Source of the DNA: Gemmatimonadota bacterium
GTDB taxonomy: Bacteria; Gemmatimonadota; Gemmatimonadetes; JACCXV01
DNA: 44,036 bases
Direction: 5' to 3'
Assembly (NCBI GenBank): GCA_046262075.1
Contig: JBHENL010000106.1
Span: 1-44,036 of the forward strand
A model generated the notes under the pieces. The model did no database searches and was not told the DNA's origin. It saw nothing but the letters and a program-made list of their open reading frames with translations. Positions 19,268-28,982 of this stretch are shown piece by piece. Numbering within the stretch: position 1 is the first letter of the stretch; the number at the start of each line of letters is the position of its first letter. A program made the position numbers and the translations under genes.

Positions 19268-20008
19268 TCACATCGTGCCCACGAGCGAGCCGATCTGCTC
19301 GCCCAGGGCGATTCGGCGGATGGCGTTCTTCTCGTGGATGTTGAACACGACGACGGGCACGTTGTTCTCCATGCAAAGCGTCACGGCGGTCGTGTCCATG
19401 ACGCGCAGCCCGCGCCGCACCATGTCCATGAAGTCGATGCGCTGGATGAACTCCGCGCCCGCGTCCGTCCGCGGGTCGGCGGTGTAGACGCCATCGACGC
19501 CGGTGGCCTTGAGGATCACTTCGGCCTCGATCTCGATGGCGCGCAGCACGGCCGCGGTGTCGGTGGAGAAGTAGGGATTGCCGGTGCCGCCGGCGAAGAA
19601 GACGACGCGGCCCTTCTCGAGGTGGCGCAGCGCCCGGCGGCGGATGTAGGGCTCGGCGAGCTGCTCCATCCGGATCGCGGTGAGGACCCGCGTCTCGACG
19701 CCCTTGCTCTCGAGGCGGTCCTGCAGGGCGAGGGCGTTGATCACGGTGGCGAGCATGCCCATGTAGTCCGCCGTGACCCGCTCCATCCCCTGCTGGCTGG
19801 CGACCGTGCCGCGCACGATGTTGCCGCCCCCCACCACGACGCCCAGGCTCACCCCCAGGCGGGCGACTTCGCGGATCTCCTCCGTGAGACGATCCACCAC
19901 GGGGGGGTCGATCCCGAACTTGCGGTCGCCCGCGAGGGCTTCGCCCGAGAGCTTGAGGAGGATCCGGGAGAAGCGCGGGCGGTCCGGAGCGCCGTCCCCA
20001 CCCGCCAC
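19268..20008 (-). CDS. pyrH: UMP kinase
   Basis: [20 protein letters not shown] and [17 protein letters not shown]. Confidence 0.9.
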   Translation of the reverse strand: MAGGDGAPDRPRFSRILLKLSGEALAGDRKFGIDPPVVDRLTEEIREVARLGVSLGVVVGGGNIVRGTVASQQGMERVTADYMGMLATVINALALQDRLESKGVETRVLTAIRMEQLAEPYIRRRALRHLEKGRVVFFAGGTGNPYFSTDTAAVLRAIEIEAEVILKATGVDGVYTADPRTDAGAEFIQRIDFMDMVRRGLRVMDTTAVTLCMENNVPVVVFNIHEKNAIRRIALGEQIGSLVGTM

Positions 20009-20009
20009 G

Positions 20010-20600
20010 TCAGGCGCCTACGGCGAAACGGACGAAGCGCCGCACGACGAGATTCTCGCCGAGCTTGGCCGCGGCCTCCTCCACGACGTCGCGCACCTTG
20101 CGGTCCGGATCGCGGATGTAGGGCTGCTCGAGCAGCACCACGTCGGCGTAGTACTTCTCGACTTTCCCGCCGACGATCTTCTCGACGACGGCCTCCGGCT
20201 TGCCCGTCGCACGCGCCTGCTCCTCGTAGATGCCGCGCTCGCGCTGGAGCACCTCGGCGGGAACGGCTTCCCGGTCCACGGAGAGCGGATCGGCCGCGGC
20301 GACCTGCATCGCGAGATGCCGCGCCAGCGACTTGAACTCGTCCGTCTTGGCGACGAAGTCGGTCTCGCAGTTCACCTCGATCAGGACGCCGATCTTGCCG
20401 CCCAGGTGCACGTAGGCCTCGACGACTCCCTCGCTCGCGACGCGGCCCGCGCGCTTGGCCACGCCCGCCGCTCCCTTCTTCCGCAGCACGTCCATCGCCT
20501 TCTCGAGGTCGCCCTCCGACTCCTCGAGCGCGCGCTTGCACTCCATCATCCCCGCGCCGGAGCGCTGGCGGAGCTCCTTCACGACGTCGGCGGTGATCAT
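20010..20600 (-). CDS. tsf: translation elongation factor Ts (short, ~196-aa form)
   Basis: Internal ATG at 20600 ([27 protein letters not shown]..., UBA-like N-terminus), followed by [23 protein letters not shown] overlap with the rpsB stop. Confidence 0.9.
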   Translation of the reverse strand: MITADVVKELRQRSGAGMMECKRALEESEGDLEKAMDVLRKKGAAGVAKRAGRVASEGVVEAYVHLGGKIGVLIEVNCETDFVAKTDEFKSLARHLAMQVAAADPLSVDREAVPAEVLQRERGIYEEQARATGKPEAVVEKIVGGKVEKYYADVVLLEQPYIRDPDRKVRDVVEEAAAKLGENLVVRRFVRFAVGA

Positions 20601-21607
20601 GATCTCCCCTCCACCGACCCCGCCTCGGCCTGCTCCAGGGCCTCCTCGCCGGGCGCCCCGCGCCCCGACATCCCGTCGTTCGCGTCCGCTCCCGCACCCT
20701 CGACCGGCCCTTCGGCGTGCGTGCCGGCCGCCGCCTCCGTGCCGCCCGGCCGTGTGTCGCCGCTCACGCGCCGCGGCTGCGACGGACCGCCGGTCTGGTC
20801 TGCGGGGGCGGCCTCGCGGCTCATCTCGTCCGCGCTCACGCCCCGGTGGCTGCGAACCTTGCGCACCTTCCGCGGCGCCTCTTCGGCGGGTGCCTGTGGC
20901 TCGGGCGCCTCCTCCTTCACCATCTCGCGCCGAGCGTCCTCGACGGCGTCGGCGATCATGCGCAGCAGGAGCCGGACGGACTTGATGGCGTCGTCGTTGC
21001 CCGGGATCGGCACCGTGATCGGATCGGGATCCGCGTTCGTGTCGACGATGGCGATGATGGGAATGCCCAGCCGATCGGCCTCGGCGACGGCGATCTTCTC
21101 CTTCTTGGCGTCCACCACGAACACCGCGCCCGGCAGCTGGTCCATGTCCTTGATGCCGCCGAGGTTGCGGTGGAGCTTCTCGGCCTCGCGCTGCAGCGAG
21201 AGGACCTCCTTCTTGGGGAGCAGGGCGGCGGTCCCGTCCTCGTGGATCCCTTCGAGCTCCTTCAGCCGCTCGAGGTTCTTCCGCATGGTCTGCCAGTTCG
21301 TGAGCGTGCCGCCGAGCCAGCGGTTCACGACGAAGAACTGGCCGCAGCGCTCCGCCTCCTCGCGCACGATCTCCTTCAGCTGCCGCTTCGTGCAGACGAA
21401 GAGGATCTGCTTCCCCTGACGCACCAGGTTCGCGGCGAGGGCCTGTGCCTCCTCCACCTGACGCAGGGTCTTCTTCAGGTCGATGATGTAGATCCCGTTG
21501 CGCTCGGCGAAGATGAACTTGCGCATCTTCGGGTTCCAGCGGCGGGTCTGGTGCCCGAAGTGCACCCCCGCTTCGAGCAGCTCCTTCAGTTGGTCGGTGA
21601 TCGCCAT
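20597..21607 (-). CDS. rpsB: 30S ribosomal protein S2 with a long low-complexity C-terminal extension
   Basis: Internal ATG at 21607 ([28 protein letters not shown]...). The conserved S2 core ends near ..[10 protein letters not shown]. An Ala/Glu/Gly/Pro-rich tail of about 90 aa follows. Confidence 0.9.
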   Translation of the reverse strand: MAITDQLKELLEAGVHFGHQTRRWNPKMRKFIFAERNGIYIIDLKKTLRQVEEAQALAANLVRQGKQILFVCTKRQLKEIVREEAERCGQFFVVNRWLGGTLTNWQTMRKNLERLKELEGIHEDGTAALLPKKEVLSLQREAEKLHRNLGGIKDMDQLPGAVFVVDAKKEKIAVAEADRLGIPIIAIVDTNADPDPITVPIPGNDDAIKSVRLLLRMIADAVEDARREMVKEEAPEPQAPAEEAPRKVRKVRSHRGVSADEMSREAAPADQTGGPSQPRRVSGDTRPGGTEAAAGTHAEGPVEGAGADANDGMSGRGAPGEEALEQAEAGSVEGRS

Positions 21608-21731
21608 TCCGTCTCCCGAACTGCGAGTGGTTGTCCGCCACGCGGCGTCAGCCCCCGCGGCGATCCCGCGGGAGTAGCTCCCCCGAAGGACACCCGCCGC
21701 GAAGTCGGCCGGTGTGTGAGATGTCGTTCGG

Positions 21732-22124
21732 CTAGCGCTTGCTGAACTGGAAGCGCTTGCGCGCCTTGGGGCGCCCGTACTTCTTGCGCTCCACCATCCG
21801 CGCATCCCGCGTCAGCAGGTCGCGCGTCTTGAGCGTGCGCTTGAGGCCTTCGTCCATCACCACCAGAGCGCGCGCGACGCCGAGCTGGATCGCATCGGCC
21901 TGACCCGTCAGGCCGCCGCCCTCGACGTTCACCGTTACGTCCAGGCGACCCGCCTGCTCCGCGGCCGCCAGGGGCTTCTCGCACGCCTGAACGTGGACCA
22001 GCCGCCGGAAGTACTCCTTCAGCGGCCGGCCGTTGATCGACCATTCTCCCCGGCCGGGGCGGAGCACGACGCGCGCCACCGAGGTCTTGCGCCGCCCCAC
22101 GGCGACGGCCTGCTGCTCAGCCAT
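21732..22124 (-). CDS. rpsI: 30S ribosomal protein S9
   Basis: 130 aa, with ..[10 protein letters not shown].. and the C-terminal ..[18 protein letters not shown]. Confidence 0.95.
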   Translation of the reverse strand: MAEQQAVAVGRRKTSVARVVLRPGRGEWSINGRPLKEYFRRLVHVQACEKPLAAAEQAGRLDVTVNVEGGGLTGQADAIQLGVARALVVMDEGLKRTLKTRDLLTRDARMVERKKYGRPKARKRFQFSKR

Positions 22125-22587
22125 TCTGCCCTCCTCTCTCGTTCATGCGCATCCCCCGCGGGTCCTCCGGGAGGGGCCGCGGCTGCTGCGCCGAGTGCGG
22201 GTGCTCGGGACCGGCGTAGACCCGCAGGTTCCCGCGGAGCTTTCGGCCGAGCTTCGTCTTGGGGAGCATGCCCCACACCGCGTACTCGACGGCGCGCTCG
22301 GGGTGATCGCGGAGGAGCTTCGAGTACTGCACCTCCTTGAGGCCACCCGGATAGCCGGTGTGATAGCGGTGGAACTTCTGGTCGAGCTTCTTGCCGGTGA
22401 GCCTGACGCGCGAGGCGTTGACCACCACCACGTGGTCTCCGCCCTCGACGTGGGGAGCGTAGTCCGGCCGGTGCTTCCCGCGCAGCACCGTGGCCACCCG
22501 GGTCGCCAGCCGCCCCAGGACCTTGCCGTCCGCGTCCACCGCGTACCACGCGGGCCCCGCCGCCGGCTGCCGTTCCCGGATCGCCAT
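22117..22587 (-). CDS. rplM: 50S ribosomal protein L13
   Basis: Internal ATG at 22587 ([43 protein letters not shown]...). 8-nt overlap with the rpsI start. Confidence 0.9.
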   Translation of the reverse strand: MAIRERQPAAGPAWYAVDADGKVLGRLATRVATVLRGKHRPDYAPHVEGGDHVVVVNASRVRLTGKKLDQKFHRYHTGYPGGLKEVQYSKLLRDHPERAVEYAVWGMLPKTKLGRKLRGNLRVYAGPEHPHSAQQPRPLPEDPRGMRMNERGGQNG

Positions 22588-22661
22588 GCGCGAATCCTCG
22601 TCGTTCAGGTGTGGCCGCATTCCTGCAAAGTCTGGCATAGTAGGGAGGTCGCCCAGGGGGG

Positions 22662-23342
22662 TCAAGTCGAGGCGGATGATCCACGACCCGGCGCCTGCGC
22701 TGCGCGGCTTTCGCCGTCCCCCCCGGTGCCGCGCTGCGTGAGCATCCCCGAGCCGGGGTCGTAGCCCACGCCCAGCTCCGCCAGGAGCTCCAGCAGCCGA
22801 CCGACGGGCAGCCCCATCACGTTGTAGAAGCATCCCTCCACGCTCCGCACGAGCGCGGCTCCCCGATCCTGGATCCCGTACGCCCCCGCCTTGTCGAGAG
22901 GCGCGCCGGTGGCCACGTACCCGTGGATCGCGCCCGCCGAGAGCGGCCGGAAATTCACGCGCGTGCGATCGAACCCGGCGCGCTCGCGCCCCTCCAGCCC
23001 TACCGCTACCCCCGTGATCACCTCGTGAGTGCGACCCGACAGCTCGCCGAGCATGGCCCGCGCGGCGCCGGCGTCCCCGGGCTTCCCCAGCACCCGGCCG
23101 TCCAGGACGACCACCGTGTCGGCGGCGACCACCACCGCCCCCGGCGCCTCCTCCGCGGCGGGTCGCAGCTTGGCCAGCGCCTGGTCCGTGGCATACGCGG
23201 CAGGATCCTGGAGGCCGTCGTGCGGCCGCTCCGCGTCGATGGGAGCGACGACTCGCGGCGCCAGCCCGAGCATCCCGAGGATGGTCGCGCGGCGCGGGGA
23301 GGCCGACGCGAGGATCAGCTCGACGGCTGGCGGCTCTTGCAT
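22662..23342 (-). CDS. maf: Maf-like nucleoside triphosphate pyrophosphatase
   Basis: [39 protein letters not shown]-terminal tail of about 30 aa extends beyond the usual Maf length, into the rplM upstream region. Confidence 0.85.
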   Translation of the reverse strand: MQEPPAVELILASASPRRATILGMLGLAPRVVAPIDAERPHDGLQDPAAYATDQALAKLRPAAEEAPGAVVVAADTVVVLDGRVLGKPGDAGAARAMLGELSGRTHEVITGVAVGLEGRERAGFDRTRVNFRPLSAGAIHGYVATGAPLDKAGAYGIQDRGAALVRSVEGCFYNVMGLPVGRLLELLAELGVGYDPGSGMLTQRGTGGDGESRAAQAPGRGSSAST

Positions 23343-23402
23343 GGACCCGCTGGCGCTCTGAGACGACGGGGACGTTTCACCGGCGGCCTCCTGTCCGCGA
23401 CT

Positions 23403-24266
23403 TCAGCGGTCCCAGGCGAAGCTCCGCCCCAGGAGCTGATAGAGCCGCTCGTTCTGTGGGCGGAACTGCTCCACCAGCCGCGCGCGGGTGGCGGGATGCA
23501 TGGGCGGGTAGCTGTAGGCGTGGTGGCGTACCCGCGTCGCGAGCGGGACGGGCCGCAGGCCGAGGAAGCGCTGCACCGCCTCGAACGCGCCCTGCGGATC
23601 GGAGGTGAGCCGCGAGGACTCGAGCACCAGCAGCTGCTCGCGCGGGAAGAGCGCCAGCCAGCGCTCCAGCTGCTCGGCGTAGCGCCCACGTGCCTGATAC
23701 GAGTAGCGCAGCAGGCGCCGCGCGTCGTGATCGGGATCCCGTGCCAGACGCCGCCGCTCTCCGCGCAACCGCTCCGGCTCGCGCTCGAGCGCGGCTTCGA
23801 AGGACAGCGGCTCGTAGCCCCAGCGGACCCCGTGCTGGTAGTGGGAGTACGCCCGGTCCACGGGGTTGCGCAGCAGAGCGATGAGCCGTGCGTCCGGAAG
23901 GGTCTGGCGCACGCGCCCCGGAACCAGCGGGTGGAACACGTAGGAGGGGCTCGCCTCACCCGTCAGCCGTCCCCGCCGGCGGCCGGCCCGCAGCGGGAAG
24001 TGGCCGCGGTACCAGTCGGGACCGCGCGACCAGTTGTGATCGAAGAAATGGACCTCCTTGACGAGGGCGGGCGCCACGTCGGGATGAGCGGCGAGCCAGC
24101 GGAAGACCGAGGTCGTCGCGGACTTCTGCACCCCCACCACCAGGAAGTCGGGGAGCGGTCGCCAGCGGCGGGTCAGCCGCAGGCCGGGCGCCAGCACGGC
24201 CATGCGCGCGCGCTGCAGCGTGGGCCCGTGGCCGTGTCGCCGGAGGATGTCGGCCGGCGACCTCAT
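23403..24266 (-). CDS. sulfotransferase, Sulfotransfer_1-like (ST-A)
   Basis: Frame of ORF 23403..24710 trimmed to the ATG at 24266 (ATGA overlap with the dtd stop). 5'-PSB motif FLVVGVQKSATTS and 3'-PB motif LLRNPVDRAYSHY. Confidence 0.8.
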   Translation of the reverse strand: MRSPADILRRHGHGPTLQRARMAVLAPGLRLTRRWRPLPDFLVVGVQKSATTSVFRWLAAHPDVAPALVKEVHFFDHNWSRGPDWYRGHFPLRAGRRRGRLTGEASPSYVFHPLVPGRVRQTLPDARLIALLRNPVDRAYSHYQHGVRWGYEPLSFEAALEREPERLRGERRRLARDPDHDARRLLRYSYQARGRYAEQLERWLALFPREQLLVLESSRLTSDPQGAFEAVQRFLGLRPVPLATRVRHHAYSYPPMHPATRARLVEQFRPQNERLYQLLGRSFAWDR

Positions 24267-24757
24267 CCGCGCTCGAGCACGAACGTGGCCGGTCCGTCGT
24301 TCACGAGTGCGACCCGCATGCGAACGCCGAAGACACCCTGACGCACGCGCTGGTGCCGGCGTTCCAGCCGCTCGACGAAGCCGTCGTAGAGCGGCCGCGC
24401 GAGCCCGGCCGTGGCCGCGCCCGCGAAGTCGGGACGGCGGCCACGGTACAGCCCCGCGAGCAGCGTGAACTGGCTGACGACGAGGATCTCGCTCTCCATC
24501 TCGACCACCGATCGATCGAACCCTCCCTCCGCGCCGAAGATCCGCAGCGCGAGAACCTTGTCGGCCGCCCAATCCAGGTCCGCCGGCGTCTCGCCCCCGC
24601 CGAAGCCCACCAGCACGAGCAGACCCCGGCCGATGCGGGCGGTCTCGGTCCACGTCCGCGCCTCCCCGGCTGCGCATGCCTCCGCCATCTCCGGCGTGCG
24701 GGGCTCCCACGCCACGGAGACGGAGGCCTCGCGTACGCGCTGCAGGACCGCGCGCAC
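24263..24757 (-). CDS. dtd: D-aminoacyl-tRNA deacylase
   Basis: MRAVLQRV... N-terminus, ..LVVSQFTL.. and ..NDGPATFVLE at the C-terminus. Confidence 0.9.
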   Translation of the reverse strand: MRAVLQRVREASVSVAWEPRTPEMAEACAAGEARTWTETARIGRGLLVLVGFGGGETPADLDWAADKVLALRIFGAEGGFDRSVVEMESEILVVSQFTLLAGLYRGRRPDFAGAATAGLARPLYDGFVERLERRHQRVRQGVFGVRMRVALVNDGPATFVLERG

Positions 24758-24782
24758 GCTCAGGGCCCCACGCCGCCGCGCG

Positions 24783-26609
24783 TCACTCGATCGTGACGCT
24801 CTTGGCGAGGTTGCGCGGGCGGTCCACGTCGCAGCCGCGGAGGACGGCGATGTGGTAGGCGAGCAGCTGCAGGGGGACCGCCGTGAGGACCGGCGTCAGC
24901 AGGTCGAGCGTGGTGGGCACCGTGAAGATGTGGTCGGCGAGCTCGAAGAGCTCGCCGTTGGCGTCGTTCGCGATGGCCAGAATCCGGCCGCGGCGGGCCT
25001 TCACCTCCTGGATGTTCGAGAGCACCTTGCTGTAGACCGCGTCGCGGATCGCGAGCACCACGACCGGCATGTTCTCGTCGATCAGCGCGATCGGACCGTG
25101 CTTCATCTCGGCCGCCGGATATCCCTCCGCGTGGATGTAGGAGATCTCCTTGAGCTTCAGCGCCCCCTCGAGCGCCACCGGGAAGTTGTAGCCCCGTCCC
25201 AGATAGAGCGCGTTCGTCGCCTCGTAGTGGACCCGCGCCATCTCGCGGATCTCCTCCTCCTTGGCGAGGATCTCCCGCACCTGGTCGGGCAGCTTCTCCA
25301 TCGCCAGCACGATCTCGCGCCCGCGCTCGGCCGACATCCGGCTGCGCCGGCCGAGGAAGAGGGTGAGCAGCGCGAGCACCATGATCTGCGAGGTGAAGGC
25401 CTTCGTGGACGCGACTCCGATCTCCGGACCGGCGTGGAGATAGATGCCGCCGTCCGCCTCGCGGGCGATGGTCGAGCCCACGACGTTGATGATTCCCAGC
25501 GCCTTGGCGCCCCGCCGGCGGGCTTCCCGCATCGCCATCTGCGTGTCCGCGGTCTCCCCCGACTGGCTGATCACGATCACCAGCGTGCGGGGGTTCACGA
25601 TGGGATTGCGGTAGCGGAACTCCGAGGCGTACTCCACCTCGACCGGGATCCCCGTCGCGTCCTCCAGCATGTACTCGCCGACGAGCGCGGCGTGCCAGGA
25701 GGTGCCGCAGGCGGTGATCACGATGCGCTCGATCCGCGACAGCTCCTCGTCGCTCAGGTTCAAGCCGCCGAGGTGGGCCGTGCCGTCCTTGCGAACGAGG
25801 CGGCCGCGGATGGCATTCGTGAGGGAGTCCGGCTGCTCGTGGATCTCCTTCAGCATGAAGTGCGGATAGCCGCCCTTCTGGATCTCCTTCACGTCCCACG
25901 AGATCTGCGAGATCGCCTTGTCGACGTGGGTGTTCTGCAAGTCCGTCGTCTTGTATCCGTCGCGCGTCACGACAGCCATCTCGCCGTCCTCGAGGTACAC
26001 CACGCGGCGCGTGTGTCCGACGACGGCGGACGCGTCGGAGGCGACGTACTGCGCGTCGCGGCCCAGTCCGATCAGGAGCGGGCTCCCCATCCGCGCCGCG
26101 ACGATGCGGTCGGGCTCGCCGGCGTGGACCACCGCCAGGCCGTACGTGCCCTCGACACGGGCCAGGGCCGCCCGCACCGCCGTCTCGACGTCGCCGTCGT
26201 AGTGCTCCTCGATGAGGTGCGCGAGCACCTCGGTGTCCGTGGCGCTGCGGAAGCAGTGGCCCTGCTCCAGCAGCCGCTGCTTGAGCGCCCCGGCGTTCTC
26301 GATGATGCCGTTGTGGACGAGGGCGATCCTGCCGTCGCAGGAGACGTGCGGATGCGCGTTGTCCCGCGTGGGCGCTCCGTGCGTGGCCCAGCGCGTATGC
26401 GCGATCCCCAGCTGCCCCGCGGGCATCCGCGTCCCGACCTCGCGCTCGAGGATCGCGAGGTGCCCCGCCTCCTTGGCGACCTCGACCTGCCCGCCGTTGA
26501 CGATCGCGAGACCCGTCGAGTCGTAGCCGCGGTACTCCAGCTTGCGCAGACCCTCGAGGAGGATGGGGGCGGCCGGGTCGGGGCCGACGTAGCCGATGAT
26601 CCCGCACAT
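24783..26609 (-). CDS. glmS: glutamine--fructose-6-phosphate aminotransferase
   Basis: MCGIIGYVG N-terminal nucleophile, two SIS domains, C-terminal ..DRPRNLAKSVTIE. 608 aa. Confidence 0.95.
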   Translation of the reverse strand: MCGIIGYVGPDPAAPILLEGLRKLEYRGYDSTGLAIVNGGQVEVAKEAGHLAILEREVGTRMPAGQLGIAHTRWATHGAPTRDNAHPHVSCDGRIALVHNGIIENAGALKQRLLEQGHCFRSATDTEVLAHLIEEHYDGDVETAVRAALARVEGTYGLAVVHAGEPDRIVAARMGSPLLIGLGRDAQYVASDASAVVGHTRRVVYLEDGEMAVVTRDGYKTTDLQNTHVDKAISQISWDVKEIQKGGYPHFMLKEIHEQPDSLTNAIRGRLVRKDGTAHLGGLNLSDEELSRIERIVITACGTSWHAALVGEYMLEDATGIPVEVEYASEFRYRNPIVNPRTLVIVISQSGETADTQMAMREARRRGAKALGIINVVGSTIAREADGGIYLHAGPEIGVASTKAFTSQIMVLALLTLFLGRRSRMSAERGREIVLAMEKLPDQVREILAKEEEIREMARVHYEATNALYLGRGYNFPVALEGALKLKEISYIHAEGYPAAEMKHGPIALIDENMPVVVLAIRDAVYSKVLSNIQEVKARRGRILAIANDANGELFELADHIFTVPTTLDLLTPVLTAVPLQLLAYHIAVLRGCDVDRPRNLAKSVTIE

Positions 26610-26631
26610 GTCTCGCCCTCCGGTGCGCGTG

Positions 26632-28086
26632 TCAGCCGCGCGCGGCGGCGGCCCCCGTGGGCCGCGGTTCGAGGATCTGGCGGGCGCGCGCGACGAGCTG
26701 CTGCGCCCGCTCCCGCGACGGCGCCTCGGCGATGAGGCGCGCGATGGGCTCGGTCCCGGAGCGGCGGACGTGCAGCCACGCGCGCTCCGCCTCCCACGCG
26801 AAGCGCATCCCGTCCTGGACGTCCACGCTCGCGTCCGCGAAGGCCTGCCCGAGGGCGGCCGCGTCGAGGGCGCGGTCAGCTTCCAGCCCCAGCGTCTCCT
26901 TCACGATGCCGTACGAAGGATACCCCGCCACGGCCTCCACGAGCCCCGTGCCCTTGGCGGCCAGGAGCGAGAGCACGAGGGCCGCCGCCGCTCCCGCGTC
27001 CCGCGTCGGGTGGACCTCCGGGTAAATCACGCCCCCGTTTCCCTCGCCGCCGACCACGCTGCCGAGATCGAGCATCCGCTGCGCCACGTGGATCTCACCC
27101 ACCGGCGTGCGTACGACTTCGGCCCCATGAGCCGCGGCGACGTCCTCCACGATCCGGCTGGTGGAGAGGTTGGTGACCACCGGCGGCGGAGGCGACGCCG
27201 CCTCGCCGCGATGCGTCAGCACGCGCTCCACCGCCAGCGTGAGCGTGAGGTCCTCCCCCACCGCACGTCCCTGCTCGGAGACCAGGGCGAGACGGTCGCC
27301 GTCGGGATCCAGGGCCAGCCCCACGTCGGCGCGGCACCCGCGCACCCGGGCCTCGAGCTCTCCCAGGTTCGCCGGCGCCGGGTCGGGGTTGCGCGGGAAG
27401 AGGCCGCTCGGCTCGGAGTGCAGGGATTCGACCCTGCAGCCCAGCCGCCGGAGCAGCGGCTCGAGGAGCAGGCCGGCCACCCCGTGGCAGACGTCCAGGA
27501 CAACGCGGAAGCCCCGCGCCTCCACGGCGGGCGGGTCCACGGCCGGAGAGCGGAGGATGCGCTCCACGTGGTGCTCGAGGTAACCGTCCAGTGGACGGAG
27601 CCGCCCCACGTCCCTCCAGCCGACCCGCGGCGGCCCCCCCGACTCGAACACGGCGAGGGTTCGGAGGCTTTCCTCGCGCGTGAGAAAGAGGCCCCGTCCG
27701 GATACGAGCTTGGCGGCGTTCCACTCCACGGGGTTGTGGCTGGCCGTGATCACGATGCCTCCGAGCGCACCCAGGAGTCTGACCGTCAGGAGGACCGTGG
27801 GCGTGGGAGCGAGGCCCAGATCGAGCACGTCGCAGCCGACGGAGAGCAGCCCCGCGACGGCGGCATCCCTGAACATCGGGCCCGAGGTGCGTGAATCGCG
27901 TCCGAGGACGACGGCAGGGCTGACCGAGCGGCCGCCGGAAGCCTCCGCCCGGGCACGCTCCAGGAGAGCGGCTCCGTGCGCGGCGGCGAGGCACGTCATC
28001 ACCTCCGGCGTGAGGCCCTCGCCGACGCGCCCGCGGACGCCCGAGACGCCCGACATCAGCTTCCCCGAGGGAGCGCTCGCCGTCAT
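26632..28086 (-). CDS. glmM: phosphohexomutase family (phosphoglucosamine mutase / phosphomannomutase type)
   Basis: SGVSGVRG, active-site loop GIVITASHNP, and metal loop LALDPDGDRL. The glmM symbol is suggested by adjacency to glmS. Substrate specificity cannot be read from the sequence alone. Confidence 0.75.
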   Translation of the reverse strand: MTASAPSGKLMSGVSGVRGRVGEGLTPEVMTCLAAAHGAALLERARAEASGGRSVSPAVVLGRDSRTSGPMFRDAAVAGLLSVGCDVLDLGLAPTPTVLLTVRLLGALGGIVITASHNPVEWNAAKLVSGRGLFLTREESLRTLAVFESGGPPRVGWRDVGRLRPLDGYLEHHVERILRSPAVDPPAVEARGFRVVLDVCHGVAGLLLEPLLRRLGCRVESLHSEPSGLFPRNPDPAPANLGELEARVRGCRADVGLALDPDGDRLALVSEQGRAVGEDLTLTLAVERVLTHRGEAASPPPPVVTNLSTSRIVEDVAAAHGAEVVRTPVGEIHVAQRMLDLGSVVGGEGNGGVIYPEVHPTRDAGAAAALVLSLLAAKGTGLVEAVAGYPSYGIVKETLGLEADRALDAAALGQAFADASVDVQDGMRFAWEAERAWLHVRRSGTEPIARLIAEAPSRERAQQLVARARQILEPRPTGAAAARG

Positions 28087-28147
28087 GGTGGGGAAGAGTG
28101 GCCGCGCGCAATCCGGATCACAGAGCAGTTCAGGGGCATTCCGAGGG

Positions 28148-28222
28148 TGGAGCCACCGAGCGGACTTGAACCTCTAACCTGCTGATTACGAATCAGCTGC
28201 TCTACCATTGAGCTACGGTGGC
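28148..28222 (-). tRNA. tRNA-Thr (anticodon CGU), CCA encoded
   Basis: The reverse complement folds by hand as a cloverleaf: acceptor GCCACCG/CGGTGGC, D arm GCTC-AATGGTA-GAGC, anticodon arm GCTGA-TTCGTAA-TCAGC (anticodon CGT), variable loop AGGTT, T arm AGAGG-TTCAAGT-CCGCT (one A.G mismatch), discriminator T, then CCA. Confidence 0.9.
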
Positions 28223-28402
28223 TCGAGGCGCCGGGCAAGGAACCCCGTCTGGCGGCTGGACGCGGGCCCAGGGGCGCTCGGGGGGACCCCGAAGCTAAGG
28301 CGCAACTTGCGACTCTACAAGGGCCCGGGCCCCTCGCTTCGCGCCCGAGCGGCAGCTCGGCGCCTCTCGCCAGCCGACGGCCGGAGGGCGGAAGGTTTTT
28401 GC

Positions 28403-28431
28403 TTTACAGGCCTTCGGCCCACGGCTACATT
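28403..28431 (+). promoter_or_regulatory. sigma-70-like promoter candidate (TTTACA-N17-TACATT)
   Basis: TTTACA at 28403..28408, a 17-nt spacer, then TACATT at 28426..28431, in an otherwise GC-rich intergenic region. Hand-matched to the consensus only. Confidence 0.25.
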
Positions 28432-28450
28432 GCCTCTCGGGTGGCGGATG

Positions 28451-28477
28451 AGCTCGGGGTCGGAACCCGAGCTTTTT
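28451..28477 (+). terminator. intrinsic (Rho-independent) terminator-like hairpin
   Basis: Perfect 8-bp stem AGCTCGGG (28451..28458) / CCCGAGCT (28466..28473), a 7-nt loop, running into TTTTT (28473..28477). It is functional only in the plus orientation. Confidence 0.5.
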
Positions 28478-28643
28478 CATTGGTGCCGCTCCGTCCGCCA
28501 CGCGGTTGTACCGGGCGGGAAGGAACTTCCGCCCGCCACCGTAGTAGTAAGCGAACCCGCGTCCGTCCCTGTGGCGGACGCCCGAGAGCAAGACCTTCGA
28601 CCATAAAGCAAGTTACGAACCTCTTCGTAAAGGTAGTCGAGCG

Positions 28644-28841
28644 ATGAGATACCACATCGAGGGAGACCGGGTCGTGCTGGATCTCTCCTGGGAAGAGCTC
28701 GAGAAGATCCCGGAGGATCTGCCGGTCCATTGGGAGGTCGGCACCGGCTACGTCATGCCGAACGATCCCGAGGTCCTCGCTCGGGTCAAGGACGCCGTGC
28801 GGCGGCCGCTGCAGCCGCGCGTGCGCGAGCTCATCCGCTGA
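28644..28841 (+). CDS. hypothetical small acidic protein (65 aa)
   Basis: ATG-initiated ORF preceded by a locally AT-richer stretch (..cgtaaaggtagtcgagcgATG). MRYHIEGDRVVLDLSWEELEKIPEDLPVHWEV... No motif recognised. Confidence 0.4.
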   Translation: MRYHIEGDRVVLDLSWEELEKIPEDLPVHWEVGTGYVMPNDPEVLARVKDAVRRPLQPRVRELIR

Positions 28842-28982
28842 CTCCGCCGGCAGGCGGCTTCGGCCGCTGCCGGGTCAGCAGACCGTGACGACGAGCGCTC
28901 CGCCACCGCGGGGCGCTTCCGTTTTCCTCCGGCTCGCACGTTCGCGCTTCCCTGCCGCGCTCCCGGCGCCTAAGCTCCGTGC

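Noticed and set aside
24411-26735. 774-aa plus-strand ORF antisense to glmS, with similar long antisense ORFs at 9805..11520, 11962..14565, 4257..6284, 18572..20335 and 19773..21419
   Set aside because: Same reason as above. Each overlaps a confidently identified minus-strand gene and has a non-protein-like composition.
28295-28591. 98-aa minus-strand ORF (and the internal MKKLGFRPRAHPPP... start) in the tRNA-proximal intergenic region
   Set aside because: The product is extremely basic and Pro/Arg-rich, with no motif. It overlaps the hairpin/terminator structures, which explain the sequence better as RNA elements.
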